NCBI GenBank assembly: GCA_963801165.1 | Contig: CAWDDT010000004.1 | Span: 480,001 to 544,000 of the forward strand | Source: an uncultured bacterium | Lineage (GTDB): Bacteria > Actinomycetota > Acidimicrobiia > Spongiisociales > UBA5794 | Length of the DNA stretch: 64,000 bases | Reading direction: 5' to 3' | In this document: positions 30,331 to 39,839 of the stretch, in pieces | Layout of the letters: each line of letters begins with the position of its first letter | Numbering within the stretch: the first letter of the stretch is position 1 | The notes under the pieces: model-generated | Told to the model about the DNA's origin: nothing | Seen by the model: the letters and a program-made list of their open reading frames with translations, nothing else | Databases searched by the model: none | Made by a program: the position numbers and the translations under genes

Positions 30331-30765
30331 TCAGCCTCCGATCTGGCTGGCCCCGTTGCTCTCTAGCAGGCGTTGCAGCGCGTTCTTCTTCACCAGACCG
30401 ATGGTGCGCCAACGCGAGGTGATCTTGCCCGTCGGAGCGGCCGGGCCGCCGTCCCGCTGAGCGCGCTGGCGGGCCTTCTTCGATTGCTTGGCCGGGGCGG
30501 CTCCGAGCAGCACGAACGTCGGTGTCGACCGCACGTTGAACGCTTCGGCGGCACCGGCGACTTTGGTTACGTCGACCTTGACGATGTGCGCCGTGTCTGC
30601 GTACTCGCGGGCCAGCTCGTTCATGATGCCGTCCATCACCTGGCATGGAGCGCAGCCGACCTGGAAGAAGTCGAGGAGCACGGGCTTGCCCGATTTGAGC
30701 ATCGGCTCGAGCTCATCGAGCGAGATGAGACGGTGCGGTTTCGGTTTGCGGGAGAAGACAGCCAT
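30331..30765 (-). CDS. Thioredoxin family protein
   Basis: LLDFFQVGCAPC, VKVDV, VRSTPTF; basic insertion. Confidence 0.8.
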   Translation of the reverse strand: MAVFSRKPKPHRLISLDELEPMLKSGKPVLLDFFQVGCAPCQVMDGIMNELAREYADTAHIVKVDVTKVAGAAEAFNVRSTPTFVLLGAAPAKQSKKARQRAQRDGGPAAPTGKITSRWRTIGLVKKNALQRLLESNGASQIGG

Positions 30766-30893
30766 TCGACCTCGTGTTGTTGATGTGAACAACCAGCATG
30801 ATCCTGCAGTATTCCCGGGAGAAGAAGACCCGGGCAACTTGGCATGATCGGTTATGCCATGATGGACACTTCTGTCAGACCAAGGTTTTTGCA

Positions 30894-32282
30894 GTGGACA
30901 TCTTCATCAATCAGAACGCCGGCGTCGGTCTGAGCACGCAGATCTATGAGGAGATTCGGAGCGGGATTCTCGAAGGAAGGCTCGCACCCGGCGATCGGCT
31001 CCCACCCAGTCGGGAGCTCGCCGAGACGCTCGGTGTCTCGCGGTCCACCGTTACTACCGCGTACGGCCACCTCGCCGCCGAGGGGTTTCTGGAAGGGCGG
31101 CGCGGTGGAGGCACCGTCGTTTCCGAGCTGTCGGTCCTCGTTGCGGCCGATGCCCCGGCACGGCCCGTCCTCAGTCCGACGAGGCGTGACCGGGCCGAGG
31201 ATGCAGTTTTCGATCTCCGTCCGGGGACTCCCGATCCGCGGCTGTTCCCGACGACCGAGTGGAAGCGATATACCCGGTGGGCGGTCGATCGGCATCTCGC
31301 GATCTACGGCGACCCGGCTGGTCTGCCAGACCTGAGGCTGGTTCTGGCGCGGTGGATCGGACGCTCCCGCGGGATCGCGGCGGGTTTTCGCCAGCTCGTG
31401 GTGACCTCGGGAGCCCAACAGGCTTTCTATCTACTGACGGCTACGAGCATCACGCCCGGAGACGTCGTCGCGATGGAGGATCCCGGCTACCGCCGGTTTC
31501 GCAGGCTGGCCGAGGCCTGTGGTGCCAACGTCGTCCCGGTCCCGGTGGATGAGGAGGGCATCGTCGTCGCGGACATCCCGTCTGAGGCACGGCTCGTTTG
31601 TGTCACGCCGTCGCATCAGTTCCCAACGGGGGTAACCATGTCGCTGCCACGGCGGCTGGCACTTCTCGAACTGGCGGCGCAGCACGGCATGGTTGTTGTC
31701 GAAGACGACTACGACTCCGAGTTTCGCTACACCGACCGACCACTCGAGCCTCTCTACCGCCTCGACCGGACCCGGACCGTCGCCTACGTGGCGAGCTTTT
31801 CCAAGACGCTGTCGCCTGCGCTCCGTCTGGGCTACATGGTCGTTCCGCCCGGGCTGCTGTCCCGGGTGCTCGAGCTTCGGCAACACATGGACTGGTCACC
31901 GGCCCACATCGAACAGGAAGCACTGCGGGCTTACATCGCCGATGGAGCGCTCGATCGGCATCTGCGCAGGACGCGTCGCATCTACGAGCGCAGGCACGCG
32001 CTCTTGACCGCGTTCCTCCGGCGCACCGCCGCCGCTGGTCTCATGTATCCGATGGCTTCCAACGCCGGTCTTCACGTCTGCGGGCGGCTGGATGAGCAGG
32101 TGGACGAGTCGCAACTTTGTCTTGCTCTTGCGTCGCGCGGCGTCGCCGCTGAGGGTCTTGCCGGGTATACGACCGGGTCGGTGAAGATCGCCGGTCTGGT
32201 GCTCGGCTTCGGCCGCGTCGACACCGTGCAGATCCCGGAAGCTCTTGACATTGTCGGCAGCGAACTTGGTCTGGACAAATAG
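30894..32282 (+). CDS. MocR/GabR-family regulator (GntR wHTH + PLP aminotransferase domain)
   Basis: LPPSRELA..LGVSRSTV, TSGAQQA, TPSHQFPTG, EDDYDSEF, SFSKTL. Confidence 0.92.
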   Translation: MDIFINQNAGVGLSTQIYEEIRSGILEGRLAPGDRLPPSRELAETLGVSRSTVTTAYGHLAAEGFLEGRRGGGTVVSELSVLVAADAPARPVLSPTRRDRAEDAVFDLRPGTPDPRLFPTTEWKRYTRWAVDRHLAIYGDPAGLPDLRLVLARWIGRSRGIAAGFRQLVVTSGAQQAFYLLTATSITPGDVVAMEDPGYRRFRRLAEACGANVVPVPVDEEGIVVADIPSEARLVCVTPSHQFPTGVTMSLPRRLALLELAAQHGMVVVEDDYDSEFRYTDRPLEPLYRLDRTRTVAYVASFSKTLSPALRLGYMVVPPGLLSRVLELRQHMDWSPAHIEQEALRAYIADGALDRHLRRTRRIYERRHALLTAFLRRTAAAGLMYPMASNAGLHVCGRLDEQVDESQLCLALASRGVAAEGLAGYTTGSVKIAGLVLGFGRVDTVQIPEALDIVGSELGLDK

Positions 32283-32357
32283 CCCTCTCTTGGCTCTAGG
32301 CGCCAAACCAAAAGTGACATACCGTCTCCTCACAACAACGAGAGAAGGCGCACGATC

Positions 32358-33296
32358 ATGACCGACAAAGACGTCCCAACAACGATGAAGGCCGTTCGGA
32401 TACACCCGCCGGGTGGGATCGGCGGCATCACATTCGATGACGTCGCAACGCCCGAGCCGGGACGAGGCCAGTTCCTCGTCCGGGTTCATGCGGCGGCCAT
32501 CACCCGGGACGAGCTGAGCTGGCCCGCCGACCGGCTGCCCGCAATCCCGTCATACGAGCTCTCCGCAACCGTGGTCCGCGGAGGCGCTGGTGCCGTCGGG
32601 TTCGAGCCGGGCCAGGCCGTCTGGGCGATGACCGGGTTCGATCGCGACGGTGTTGCCGCCGCGTATGCGGCCGTCCCGGCGGATGAGCTGGGCCCGAAGC
32701 CGCAGTCGCTCCGCCATGCGGCGGCCGCAGCCGTGCCGCTGCCGGGTCTGAGTGCCATGCAGGGCCTTTTCGACCACGGTCGGCTGGCAGCCAACGAGCG
32801 TGTGCTGATCCACGGCGGAGCGGGGGGAGTCGGAGCCTACGCCGTGCAGCTGGCCCGGCTGCATGGGGCCTACGTGATCGCCACGGTCTCGTCCGAGCGG
32901 GTGGGCATGGCTCGCGAGCTCGGTGCCGATGAGGTGGTCGACCACACGACCACGGACTTCACCCGGATCGACCCGGTCGATCTCGTCTTCGATACGGCCG
33001 GTGGCGAACGTCTGCGCCGCTCGCCGGAGGTGCTGCGACGTGGGGGCCGTCTCATTTCGGTTGCCGAAGAGCCGCCGGCGGGAAGTGAAGAGAACGGGAT
33101 CACGGCCACGTGGTATCTCGTGGAGCCCAACCGGGCGCAGCTTGCCGAGCTCGCCCGACTTGTCGACACCGGGGCGCTTCAGGCGAAGGTCAGTCGGACC
33201 TTTCCGCTCGCAGACGCCCGGGAGGCGTTTTCGTTCCTGGCGGTGCAAGGCGGCACCGGTAAAGTCGTTCTGACAGCGATCGAGGACGAGTCATGA
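32358..33296 (+). CDS. NADP-dependent MDR-family (quinone) oxidoreductase
   Basis: MKAVRIH, LIHGGAGGVG, GKVVL. Confidence 0.88.
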   Translation: MTDKDVPTTMKAVRIHPPGGIGGITFDDVATPEPGRGQFLVRVHAAAITRDELSWPADRLPAIPSYELSATVVRGGAGAVGFEPGQAVWAMTGFDRDGVAAAYAAVPADELGPKPQSLRHAAAAAVPLPGLSAMQGLFDHGRLAANERVLIHGGAGGVGAYAVQLARLHGAYVIATVSSERVGMARELGADEVVDHTTTDFTRIDPVDLVFDTAGGERLRRSPEVLRRGGRLISVAEEPPAGSEENGITATWYLVEPNRAQLAELARLVDTGALQAKVSRTFPLADAREAFSFLAVQGGTGKVVLTAIEDES

Positions 33297-34240
33297 GTGC
33301 AGAACCCTTTGCCGATCAGGAGCTCGCGGATTTCATCCGCGGTCTCGCGGACTTGCCTCCGATGACCGCCGGGGGCGACGCAGTCGAGATGCGGCGGATC
33401 ACAGAAGAGCGCTCGGCGAATCGGCCGCCCGGGCCGGCGATGGCTATGCACGACCTCAGCCTCGGCGGAGGCGTCCTTCCTTGCCGGCTGTATCAGCCCG
33501 ACGGTGCCCTCGATGCGCTCATCATCCTCTTCCACGGCGGCGGCTGGACCATCGGCAGCCTCGAGACCCACGATCGAGTCTGCCGGCTTCTCGCAGATCG
33601 CGCCGCGGTTCCCGTCCTTGCGGTCGAATACCGCCTGGCGCCTGAGTACCCCGCACCGGCCGCCATCGATGATGCGGTTACGGCGCTGGAGACCGCCGCG
33701 GAGGCCGTTGGCCCGTTCGGAGTGCGACCCGAGGTCATCGCCATTGTCGGTGACAGCGCCGGTGGCACGCTTGCGGCATCGGCAGCGCTGCGCACCCGCC
33801 AGCGCGATGTCGCCCCCGATCTCGTGGGGCTCATCTATGCCAACACCAACCTCACCGCCGACGACGGTTCGATGATCAGCAACGGCCACGGGTTCGGTCT
33901 GGAGAGGGAGGACATCGAGTGGTTCCACGAGCAATGGGTGCCGGACCGGTCCTGCTGGTCCGACCCTGAGGTGAGTCCACTGTTGGTCGACGACCTCTCC
34001 GGCTTCCCCGAGACGATCATCGTCACCTGCGAGCTCGACCCGCTACGCGATCAGGGCGAAGCATTCGGTAATCGGCTCTCCGCAGCCGGGGTGAACGTCA
34101 CCGTCCGACGGGAGCCGGGCATGGTGCACAACTTCCTGTTGTGGGACCTCATCTCGCCGGCGTGTGCCGCCGCCGCGGATCGCGTCGCCGACGACATCCG
34201 CCGGGCTATCGAGACGATGCTCGGTAGCGCGGCCCCATGA
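33293..34240 (+). CDS. HSL-family alpha/beta hydrolase (esterase)
   Basis: HGGGW, YRLAPE, GDSAGG, DPLRD, GMVHNF. Confidence 0.9.
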   Translation: MSAEPFADQELADFIRGLADLPPMTAGGDAVEMRRITEERSANRPPGPAMAMHDLSLGGGVLPCRLYQPDGALDALIILFHGGGWTIGSLETHDRVCRLLADRAAVPVLAVEYRLAPEYPAPAAIDDAVTALETAAEAVGPFGVRPEVIAIVGDSAGGTLAASAALRTRQRDVAPDLVGLIYANTNLTADDGSMISNGHGFGLEREDIEWFHEQWVPDRSCWSDPEVSPLLVDDLSGFPETIIVTCELDPLRDQGEAFGNRLSAAGVNVTVRREPGMVHNFLLWDLISPACAAAADRVADDIRRAIETMLGSAAP

Positions 34241-34283
34241 CCCGTCGACGGGGGATCCTCGATCATCGCGGTACAGGCCCGGC

Positions 34284-35108
34284 CTATGACGGCAGCACGA
34301 CGGACTCGGTGGTGGGCTCCCAGGTGGCCTTGACGTAGAACACCTCCACGAAGTCGGTTGGGGTGTCGGCGATGGGATCGGCGGGGAGTACTCCTCCGGA
34401 GACGGACACGGACAACCCCCAGCTGTCGGCATAGAGCGGCGACGGGTTGCTCAGCGTGATGCACTCCTCAGTTGTGGACGAGTGGGTTGTCGAGTCGTTG
34501 ACCACGGAGTCGAAGCCCGTGCCCAGGTGTGCCACCAGCGCCAGGTTGTCGATAGAGGCGGCGCCTTTTGCCTCGTAGCACAGCTCGATGCCGGAGAGAC
34601 CGTAGGTGGTATCTCCCACCGAGATTGCAGATGTGAGCGACAGCTGTGACTCATTGAACAGGGCCGTGCCCCGGAGGTAGTACAGGGGCGCGCCGGCATA
34701 ATTGCCATTCTGCACCCATTCCGACGGACCATGCGTGGTGACGATGATGCCTGCGGCGAGCAGATCGGTGCTGTCGAGACCGTCCAAGGTGTCGGCGTTG
34801 TCTGCTTGGGCTGGTGTGCCGTCTTCGGCGCCGAGGTATTGGGCGAATCGCTGCATGAAGGCTGCCATCTGTCCCCGGGTGACGTTGTCGTCGGGGCAGA
34901 ACTGAGTGTTGTCTGGTGGGTTGCAGCCACGGGTGATGCCGGCGGAGGCCAGCCATTCGATGTTGGATTCGAAGACACTGGTGTCGTCGTCGGTGAAGGC
35001 GCCGCCGGCCGCCCAGACGGCAGGCGGGATGAGAACGACAGCGATGACGGCGGCGATGGACATTCTCCGCAGCCATTTGGCCGGGACGCGGACATTGAGA
35101 TCCTGCAT
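34284..35108 (-). CDS. Secreted/surface protein with SLH-like domain
   Basis: Signal peptide; FTDD...IEWLASAGITRGC...FCPDDNVTRGQMAAF; NADTLDGLDS linker. Confidence 0.75.
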   Translation of the reverse strand: MQDLNVRVPAKWLRRMSIAAVIAVVLIPPAVWAAGGAFTDDDTSVFESNIEWLASAGITRGCNPPDNTQFCPDDNVTRGQMAAFMQRFAQYLGAEDGTPAQADNADTLDGLDSTDLLAAGIIVTTHGPSEWVQNGNYAGAPLYYLRGTALFNESQLSLTSAISVGDTTYGLSGIELCYEAKGAASIDNLALVAHLGTGFDSVVNDSTTHSSTTEECITLSNPSPLYADSWGLSVSVSGGVLPADPIADTPTDFVEVFYVKATWEPTTESVVLPS

Positions 35109-35251
35109 GAACTCACTCCTCCCTCTCCCAATCGGAGGCTCGAGGCTCGAACCTTGTCAGGCACACTATCGCCCAGGGGGTCCAGACGGGACCGGAAATT
35201 CACGCCGGTCGTGAGCGCTTCGCTGCCTGTGTCCCCCGTGGCGACGCGACC

Positions 35252-36010
35252 CTACACGATGATCAGGGCAATGACACCGGCGATCATGCAGTAGACGCCG
35301 AATGGTGAGAGCCCGCTCTTTCCGATCAGACGCAGCAGAAACGAGATGGCGAAGTAACCCGAGATAGCGGCGACGGCGACACCAACGAGGACGTTGCCGC
35401 CGATTCCCGTGCCCGCGTCGATCAAGTCCTTGGTTTTGAGGAGACCGGCGCCGGCTATCGCCGGGATCCCGAGGAGGAACGAGTAGCGGGCCGCCTCTGT
35501 TTCGCTGAACTTGCGGGTCAGCCCGGTTGCGATGGTCGTCCCGGATCGGGAGACGCCCGGGATGAGCGCGACCGATTGGCCGAGGCCGATGAGGATGGTG
35601 TCCTTCATCGTGACGCTCTCCACGTCACGTTCCCCGACCTTCAGCCATCGGGTGGCAAACAGCACCACCCCGGTCAGCAGCAGCGCAAGAGCGACGACCT
35701 TGGGGTGCTCGTCGACCCAGTTGAGCTGGGATTCGAAGGCGAGGCCGAACACGGCAGCCGGGATGGTACCGACCACCAACAGCAACAGCAGCCGTCTGCC
35801 CTTCTCGGTGAAGGTGACCATTTCCCGCACCTCGGAACGGAAGTAGATCAATACCGCCAGCAGCGTGCCGAGGTGCAGCATGGCAGTGATGTCGAGACCG
35901 GGCGGATCCTGGCCGAGCAGGGCAGGCACCAGCACGAGGTGACCACTCGATGAAATGGGTAGGAATTCGGTCAGGCCTTGAATCAGACCCCAGAATGCGG
36001 CTTTGAGCAT
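35252..36010 (-). CDS. uppP: Undecaprenyl-diphosphate phosphatase
   Basis: IQGLTEFLPISSSGH, PGVSRSG. Confidence 0.93.
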   Translation of the reverse strand: MLKAAFWGLIQGLTEFLPISSSGHLVLVPALLGQDPPGLDITAMLHLGTLLAVLIYFRSEVREMVTFTEKGRRLLLLLVVGTIPAAVFGLAFESQLNWVDEHPKVVALALLLTGVVLFATRWLKVGERDVESVTMKDTILIGLGQSVALIPGVSRSGTTIATGLTRKFSETEAARYSFLLGIPAIAGAGLLKTKDLIDAGTGIGGNVLVGVAVAAISGYFAISFLLRLIGKSGLSPFGVYCMIAGVIALIIV

Positions 36011-36110
36011 GGCGGCGCAGCCTAACCCGTTGTGTTCTCAATGGCGGTAACCGCAGGGGGAGATGACGCTAAATGCGCTATGGCGCTGACGGGCCGGGAG
36101 GTTCGGCGTC

Positions 36111-36620
36111 TCAACGTCTCGGGGTGCCGATCATGACCACGACGGTGCTGTCGGCGGTCATGGCCGCGACCAGCGATGCCGATTCGGGCGGGAACGCTAC
36201 CGGCGCAGTCAGTTCGTAGCCGGCGTCGTTGATACCGCCGGCGACTATGCCGTCGGCGAAAGAGTCCCCCGCGGTCACCCGCACGGGGGTGCCCGGTGCT
36301 GCTGGTTGTGGCAGCGCCAGCGACACTGCCCACCAGCCGGCGGGCATAGTTGCCTCGGTGACGAGCGACGGGAGCAGCGGGCTCCCGGCCGGTATGTCCG
36401 TCACGGCAACACCGGCAACGGGACCTACCCAGGCGGGCAGGACGTCGCGTGGAACATCGCGCCAGGCGACCCCCTCGACGACATCACCGGTGGTGACCGG
36501 GGCGGCCGTGAACGGGTAGGCGACCACCGGTGCAGGCCGCATGTCGAGGTACATGCCACTGCACAGCATGAGCGCGGCGGAGATCCAACGGAGGTACGGG
36601 GGACGGCGAAGCCAGTACAT
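36111..36620 (-). CDS. Membrane-anchored SAF-domain-like protein
   Basis: N-terminal TM; GVAVTDIPAGSPL SAF-like segment; position resembles mycobacterial Rv0990c. Confidence 0.55.
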   Translation of the reverse strand: MYWLRRPPYLRWISAALMLCSGMYLDMRPAPVVAYPFTAAPVTTGDVVEGVAWRDVPRDVLPAWVGPVAGVAVTDIPAGSPLLPSLVTEATMPAGWWAVSLALPQPAAPGTPVRVTAGDSFADGIVAGGINDAGYELTAPVAFPPESASLVAAMTADSTVVVMIGTPRR

Positions 36621-36649
36621 GAACCGAACGTATCGGGTTGTGGCGGGCG

Positions 36650-36873
36650 AAAAAAGACCCTCCCCGTGTTTCCCCCACAAGGGAGGAAGCCTCACGCAAG
36701 CAGGGGGAATGGTGGGGGACTTGCGTTCGGCACACGGGGAGGGGACCTGGTGATCTTGTGTGCACCGTAGCCACAGTTGAGAAGCTACATGTGTTCCATC
36801 GGAGAGCAATGCAAATGTTGCCCGGTGGTGCTGCCTCCTGATCTGATGGGCATCTGCTTTATGTTGCTCTCCG
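36650..36873 (-). ncRNA. Candidate structured non-coding RNA or leader, ~220 nt
   Basis: Upstream TTGGCT-18-TAGACT promoter; 5' stem CGGAGAGCAA/TTGCTCTCCG; 3' multibranch closed by a 12-bp stem plus T-tract. Confidence 0.55.
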
Positions 36874-36876
36874 CTC

Positions 36877-36906
36877 AGTCTATCTATGCGCGCTCAGAGT
36901 AGCCAA
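36877..36906 (-). promoter_or_regulatory. Sigma-70/SigA-type promoter
   Basis: -35 TTGGCT (36906-36901), 18-nt spacer, -10 TAGACT (36882-36877). Confidence 0.55.
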
Positions 36907-37001
36907 GAGAATTCTTTTTCGCGACTCGATTGTTCTCAACCCCCGTCCGTATCGACTGTCATCGCTGTGTGCGGGGAGAGTCACTCCTAGACTCAGCGGT
37001 C

Positions 37002-37580
37002 GTGGACACCGTCGTTCGGCTCCTAATCGCATACCTTCTCGGCAGCATCTCCTCTGGCGCCTTCGTTCCGAGGCTGATGGGGGTTGACATCTATGCCCAC
37101 GGCAGCGGCAACCCGGGTGCATCCAACGTCATGCGGACGCTCGGCAAGAAGGCAGGCGCAGTGGTGATGTTGGTCGACGCGTCCAAAGGTCTGCTCGCCG
37201 CCCTCATCGGTGGAGCCGGTGGCACCGAACTCGGGTTCTGGTGTGCGCTGGCGGCCGTGATCGGTCACGTCTTCCCCGTATGGCAGCGGTTCCGGGGCGG
37301 GAGGGGGGTGGCGACGGCGATCGGTGCTTCGCTTTTCCTGGCGCCGTGGTTCGGGCTTGTGCTCGCCGTCGCCTGGGGAGTGACCGTGGCGTTGACCAAA
37401 ACCGCGTCCATTGCGTCATTAGGTGCCATGGTCCTGTACGTGCCCGGATATGCCCTCTACGGTCATCGGGGCTGGGCCCTGGTAGCCGCCGCGCTCACGG
37501 CCGCGCTCGTCGTTGCACGCCACGCAGCCAACATCCGCCGTCTCCTCGGCGGCCGCGAACAGACTGTTGATACTCAATGA
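37002..37580 (+). CDS. plsY: Glycerol-3-phosphate acyltransferase
   Basis: YLLGSI, HGSGNPGASNV, GHVFP..FRGGRGVAT, RHAANI. Confidence 0.9.
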   Translation: MDTVVRLLIAYLLGSISSGAFVPRLMGVDIYAHGSGNPGASNVMRTLGKKAGAVVMLVDASKGLLAALIGGAGGTELGFWCALAAVIGHVFPVWQRFRGGRGVATAIGASLFLAPWFGLVLAVAWGVTVALTKTASIASLGAMVLYVPGYALYGHRGWALVAAALTAALVVARHAANIRRLLGGREQTVDTQ

Positions 37581-38815
37581 GACCACTCTCCGAAGCGCAG
37601 CGCGACGTGCTGGCCGCCCTCGATCGACTACCCGTGACGCATGTCGAGTTGGCCGAAGCGAGCGGTCTTGCCCTGGCGGAGCCAATCGTCGCCACCCACG
37701 ACCTGCCTCCGTTCGCCAACTCGGCGATGGACGGGTACGCCGTTGTTGCTGCAGATACTGCTCGAGCACCGGTCGAGCTCGAAGTGCTCGAGGATGTCGC
37801 CGCCGGGAGCGTACCCACCAGGGCTGTGACCGCCGGTGCCTCGATCAAGATCATGACCGGTGCACCCATGCCCGAGGGTGCCGACGCGGTTGTTCGCGTC
37901 GAGGACACCCAGCCGGGTACCGGCAAGGTTCTCATCCTCGTCCCGGTTCCAAGCGGCGGGTCCGTGCGACCCGCCGGCGGCGACGTCGCTGCAGGAACGA
38001 GGGTGCTCGGGGTGGGCGAGCGGCTCACCCCGGCACGGTTGGGGATATGTGCGTCGCTCGGCTACCACGCGCCACTGGTGCGCCGGCGGCCACGAGTGGC
38101 AATCATGTCGACGGGCGATGAGATCGTCCCGCCGGAGACCGGGATTCTCCGCCCCGGGAAGATCCGGGACGCCAACCGATTCATTCTGCGCGGTGCTCTC
38201 ACGGAGTTGGGAGCCGAGGTGCTCGATTTCGGGATTGTCGGCGATGATCGCGACGAGCTGCGCGGGCGGCTGGCCGCAGCGGCCGCTGAAGCCGATGTCG
38301 TCGTTACGAGCGGTGGCGTGTCCATGGGCGAGTACGACCTGGTCAAGCATCTTCTGGCCGAGCTCGGCTCGGTCGACTTCTGGAGGGTGGCGATGCAACC
38401 GGCCAAGCCGTTCGCCTTCGGTCGAGTCGCGGATACACCTTTCTTCGGCCTCCCTGGCAACCCGGTCTCGGTCGCCGTGGCCGTCGAGCAGTTTCTGCGA
38501 CCCGGGCTTCTCCACATGATGGGGGCAACCCGGCTGTTCCGGCCCCGCCTCAAGGCCATCCTGGAGGAGGACGTCAACACAGAACCGCAACGGACCGTCT
38601 TTATGCGGGTCCGGTTGACCCCGGGTGACGACGGGGTGCTCCGGGCCCGGCTCAGCGGTGGGCAGGGCTCCAACATCATGACCGCACTGGCCGCCGCAGA
38701 CGCCTTCGCTGTGATCCCGGTCGGTACCGCCGAGGTGAAAGCGGGCACCATGGTCGATGTGGAGATGATGCACATGCCGGAGGCGCGAACCGCCTCGGAG
38801 GTGACTGATGGCTGA
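37577..38815 (+). CDS. moeA: Molybdopterin molybdotransferase (Glp/MoeA)
   Basis: SAMDGYAV, IMTGAP, STGDE, TSGGVSMG, GLPGNP. Confidence 0.95.
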   Translation: MRPLSEAQRDVLAALDRLPVTHVELAEASGLALAEPIVATHDLPPFANSAMDGYAVVAADTARAPVELEVLEDVAAGSVPTRAVTAGASIKIMTGAPMPEGADAVVRVEDTQPGTGKVLILVPVPSGGSVRPAGGDVAAGTRVLGVGERLTPARLGICASLGYHAPLVRRRPRVAIMSTGDEIVPPETGILRPGKIRDANRFILRGALTELGAEVLDFGIVGDDRDELRGRLAAAAAEADVVVTSGGVSMGEYDLVKHLLAELGSVDFWRVAMQPAKPFAFGRVADTPFFGLPGNPVSVAVAVEQFLRPGLLHMMGATRLFRPRLKAILEEDVNTEPQRTVFMRVRLTPGDDGVLRARLSGGQGSNIMTALAAADAFAVIPVGTAEVKAGTMVDVEMMHMPEARTASEVTDG

Positions 38816-39278
38816 AGGATTCACCCATCTCAACGAGAAGGGCGACGCCCGGATGGTCGACGTAGGAGCAAAGGAGACGACGGCGCGAGTTGCTGTGGCC
38901 GAGGCCCACTTGAGGATCTCACCCGACGTCAAGGCGCGGCTCTTTGCCGGGGACCTGCCCAAGGGTGATGCCCTCGGCGTTGCCAGGATCGCCGCCATCA
39001 TGGCTACCAAGCGCACGGCGACGCTGATCCCGCTGTGCCATCCCATACCGATCGATGGCGTCGACGTGACCGTCGACGAGACCGACGACGGCGCCAGGAT
39101 CGAGGTCACGGCACGCACGTCGTCCAAAACCGGGATCGAGATGGAGGCGATGACGGCCGCGGCCATTGGTGCGGTTGCCCTCTACGACATGGTCAAAGGT
39201 GTCGACCGGGGTGCCGAGGTGACCTCAGTGCGGTTGCTGCACAAGAGCGGCGGCAAGTCGGGGGAGTGGAACCGGTGA
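38808..39278 (+). CDS. moaC: Cyclic pyranopterin monophosphate synthase
   Basis: MVDV, LIPLCHP, TGIEMEA, YDMVK, KSGGKSG. Confidence 0.95.
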   Translation: MAEGFTHLNEKGDARMVDVGAKETTARVAVAEAHLRISPDVKARLFAGDLPKGDALGVARIAAIMATKRTATLIPLCHPIPIDGVDVTVDETDDGARIEVTARTSSKTGIEMEAMTAAAIGAVALYDMVKGVDRGAEVTSVRLLHKSGGKSGEWNR

Positions 39279-39754
39279 GAGCGATCGTTGTCACCGTCAG
39301 CGATCGGGCTGCCGCCGGGGCGGCGGAGGACCGGTCCGGCCCTGCCGCGGCGGCGAAACTTGCCGCCTTTGGCTTCGAGGGAGCGGAGGTGCGGGTCGTT
39401 CCCGACGGGATCGACAACGTCAAGGCCATCCTCGAGGAACTGGTCGTGGACTACGACCTGATCATCACAACCGGGGGCACCGGCTTCTCTCCGCGAGACG
39501 TGACGCCGGAGGCAACCCGGCTCATCATCGACCGCGAGGCACCCGGTTTGTCCGAGGCGATCCGCGCCGACACGTTCGGCAAGTTCCCCCACGGCATGTT
39601 GTCGCGCGGTGTCTCTGGGATCGCCGGGTCGACCCTCATAGTGAACCTCCCGGGCTCGGTGAAGGCGGTCGATGAATCGATGGATGTCATCGGCCCTGCC
39701 TTGAGACACGCCGTCGAATTGCTTATCGAAGGCACGAGTGACCACAATACGTGA
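39275..39754 (+). CDS. MogA/MoaB molybdenum cofactor biosynthesis protein
   Basis: TVSDR, DRSGP, TTGGTGFSPRDVTPEAT, NLPGS. Confidence 0.92.
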   Translation: MRAIVVTVSDRAAAGAAEDRSGPAAAAKLAAFGFEGAEVRVVPDGIDNVKAILEELVVDYDLIITTGGTGFSPRDVTPEATRLIIDREAPGLSEAIRADTFGKFPHGMLSRGVSGIAGSTLIVNLPGSVKAVDESMDVIGPALRHAVELLIEGTSDHNT

Positions 39755-39839
39755 TCACCCGCGAGGGACGGCGGGTCCAGAATGCTTGGTTACGTGCAGA
39801 GGCGTGCCTACGCTTTGCGGCGGACGGAGTAAGGACTAG

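Noticed and set aside
36650-36873. Assigning the candidate RNA to 6S, Ms1 or 6C
   Set aside because: The 5' and 3' ends do not pair into a 6S-like rod, there is only one clear C-rich loop, and I recognise no Ms1 sequence; left unassigned
37628-39166. Long antisense ORFs (e.g. 512 aa opposite moeA/moaC, 438 aa at 27672-28988, 393 aa opposite xylA)
   Set aside because: Shadow ORFs expected from high-GC codon bias; no recognisable motifs, and the opposite strand holds clear genes
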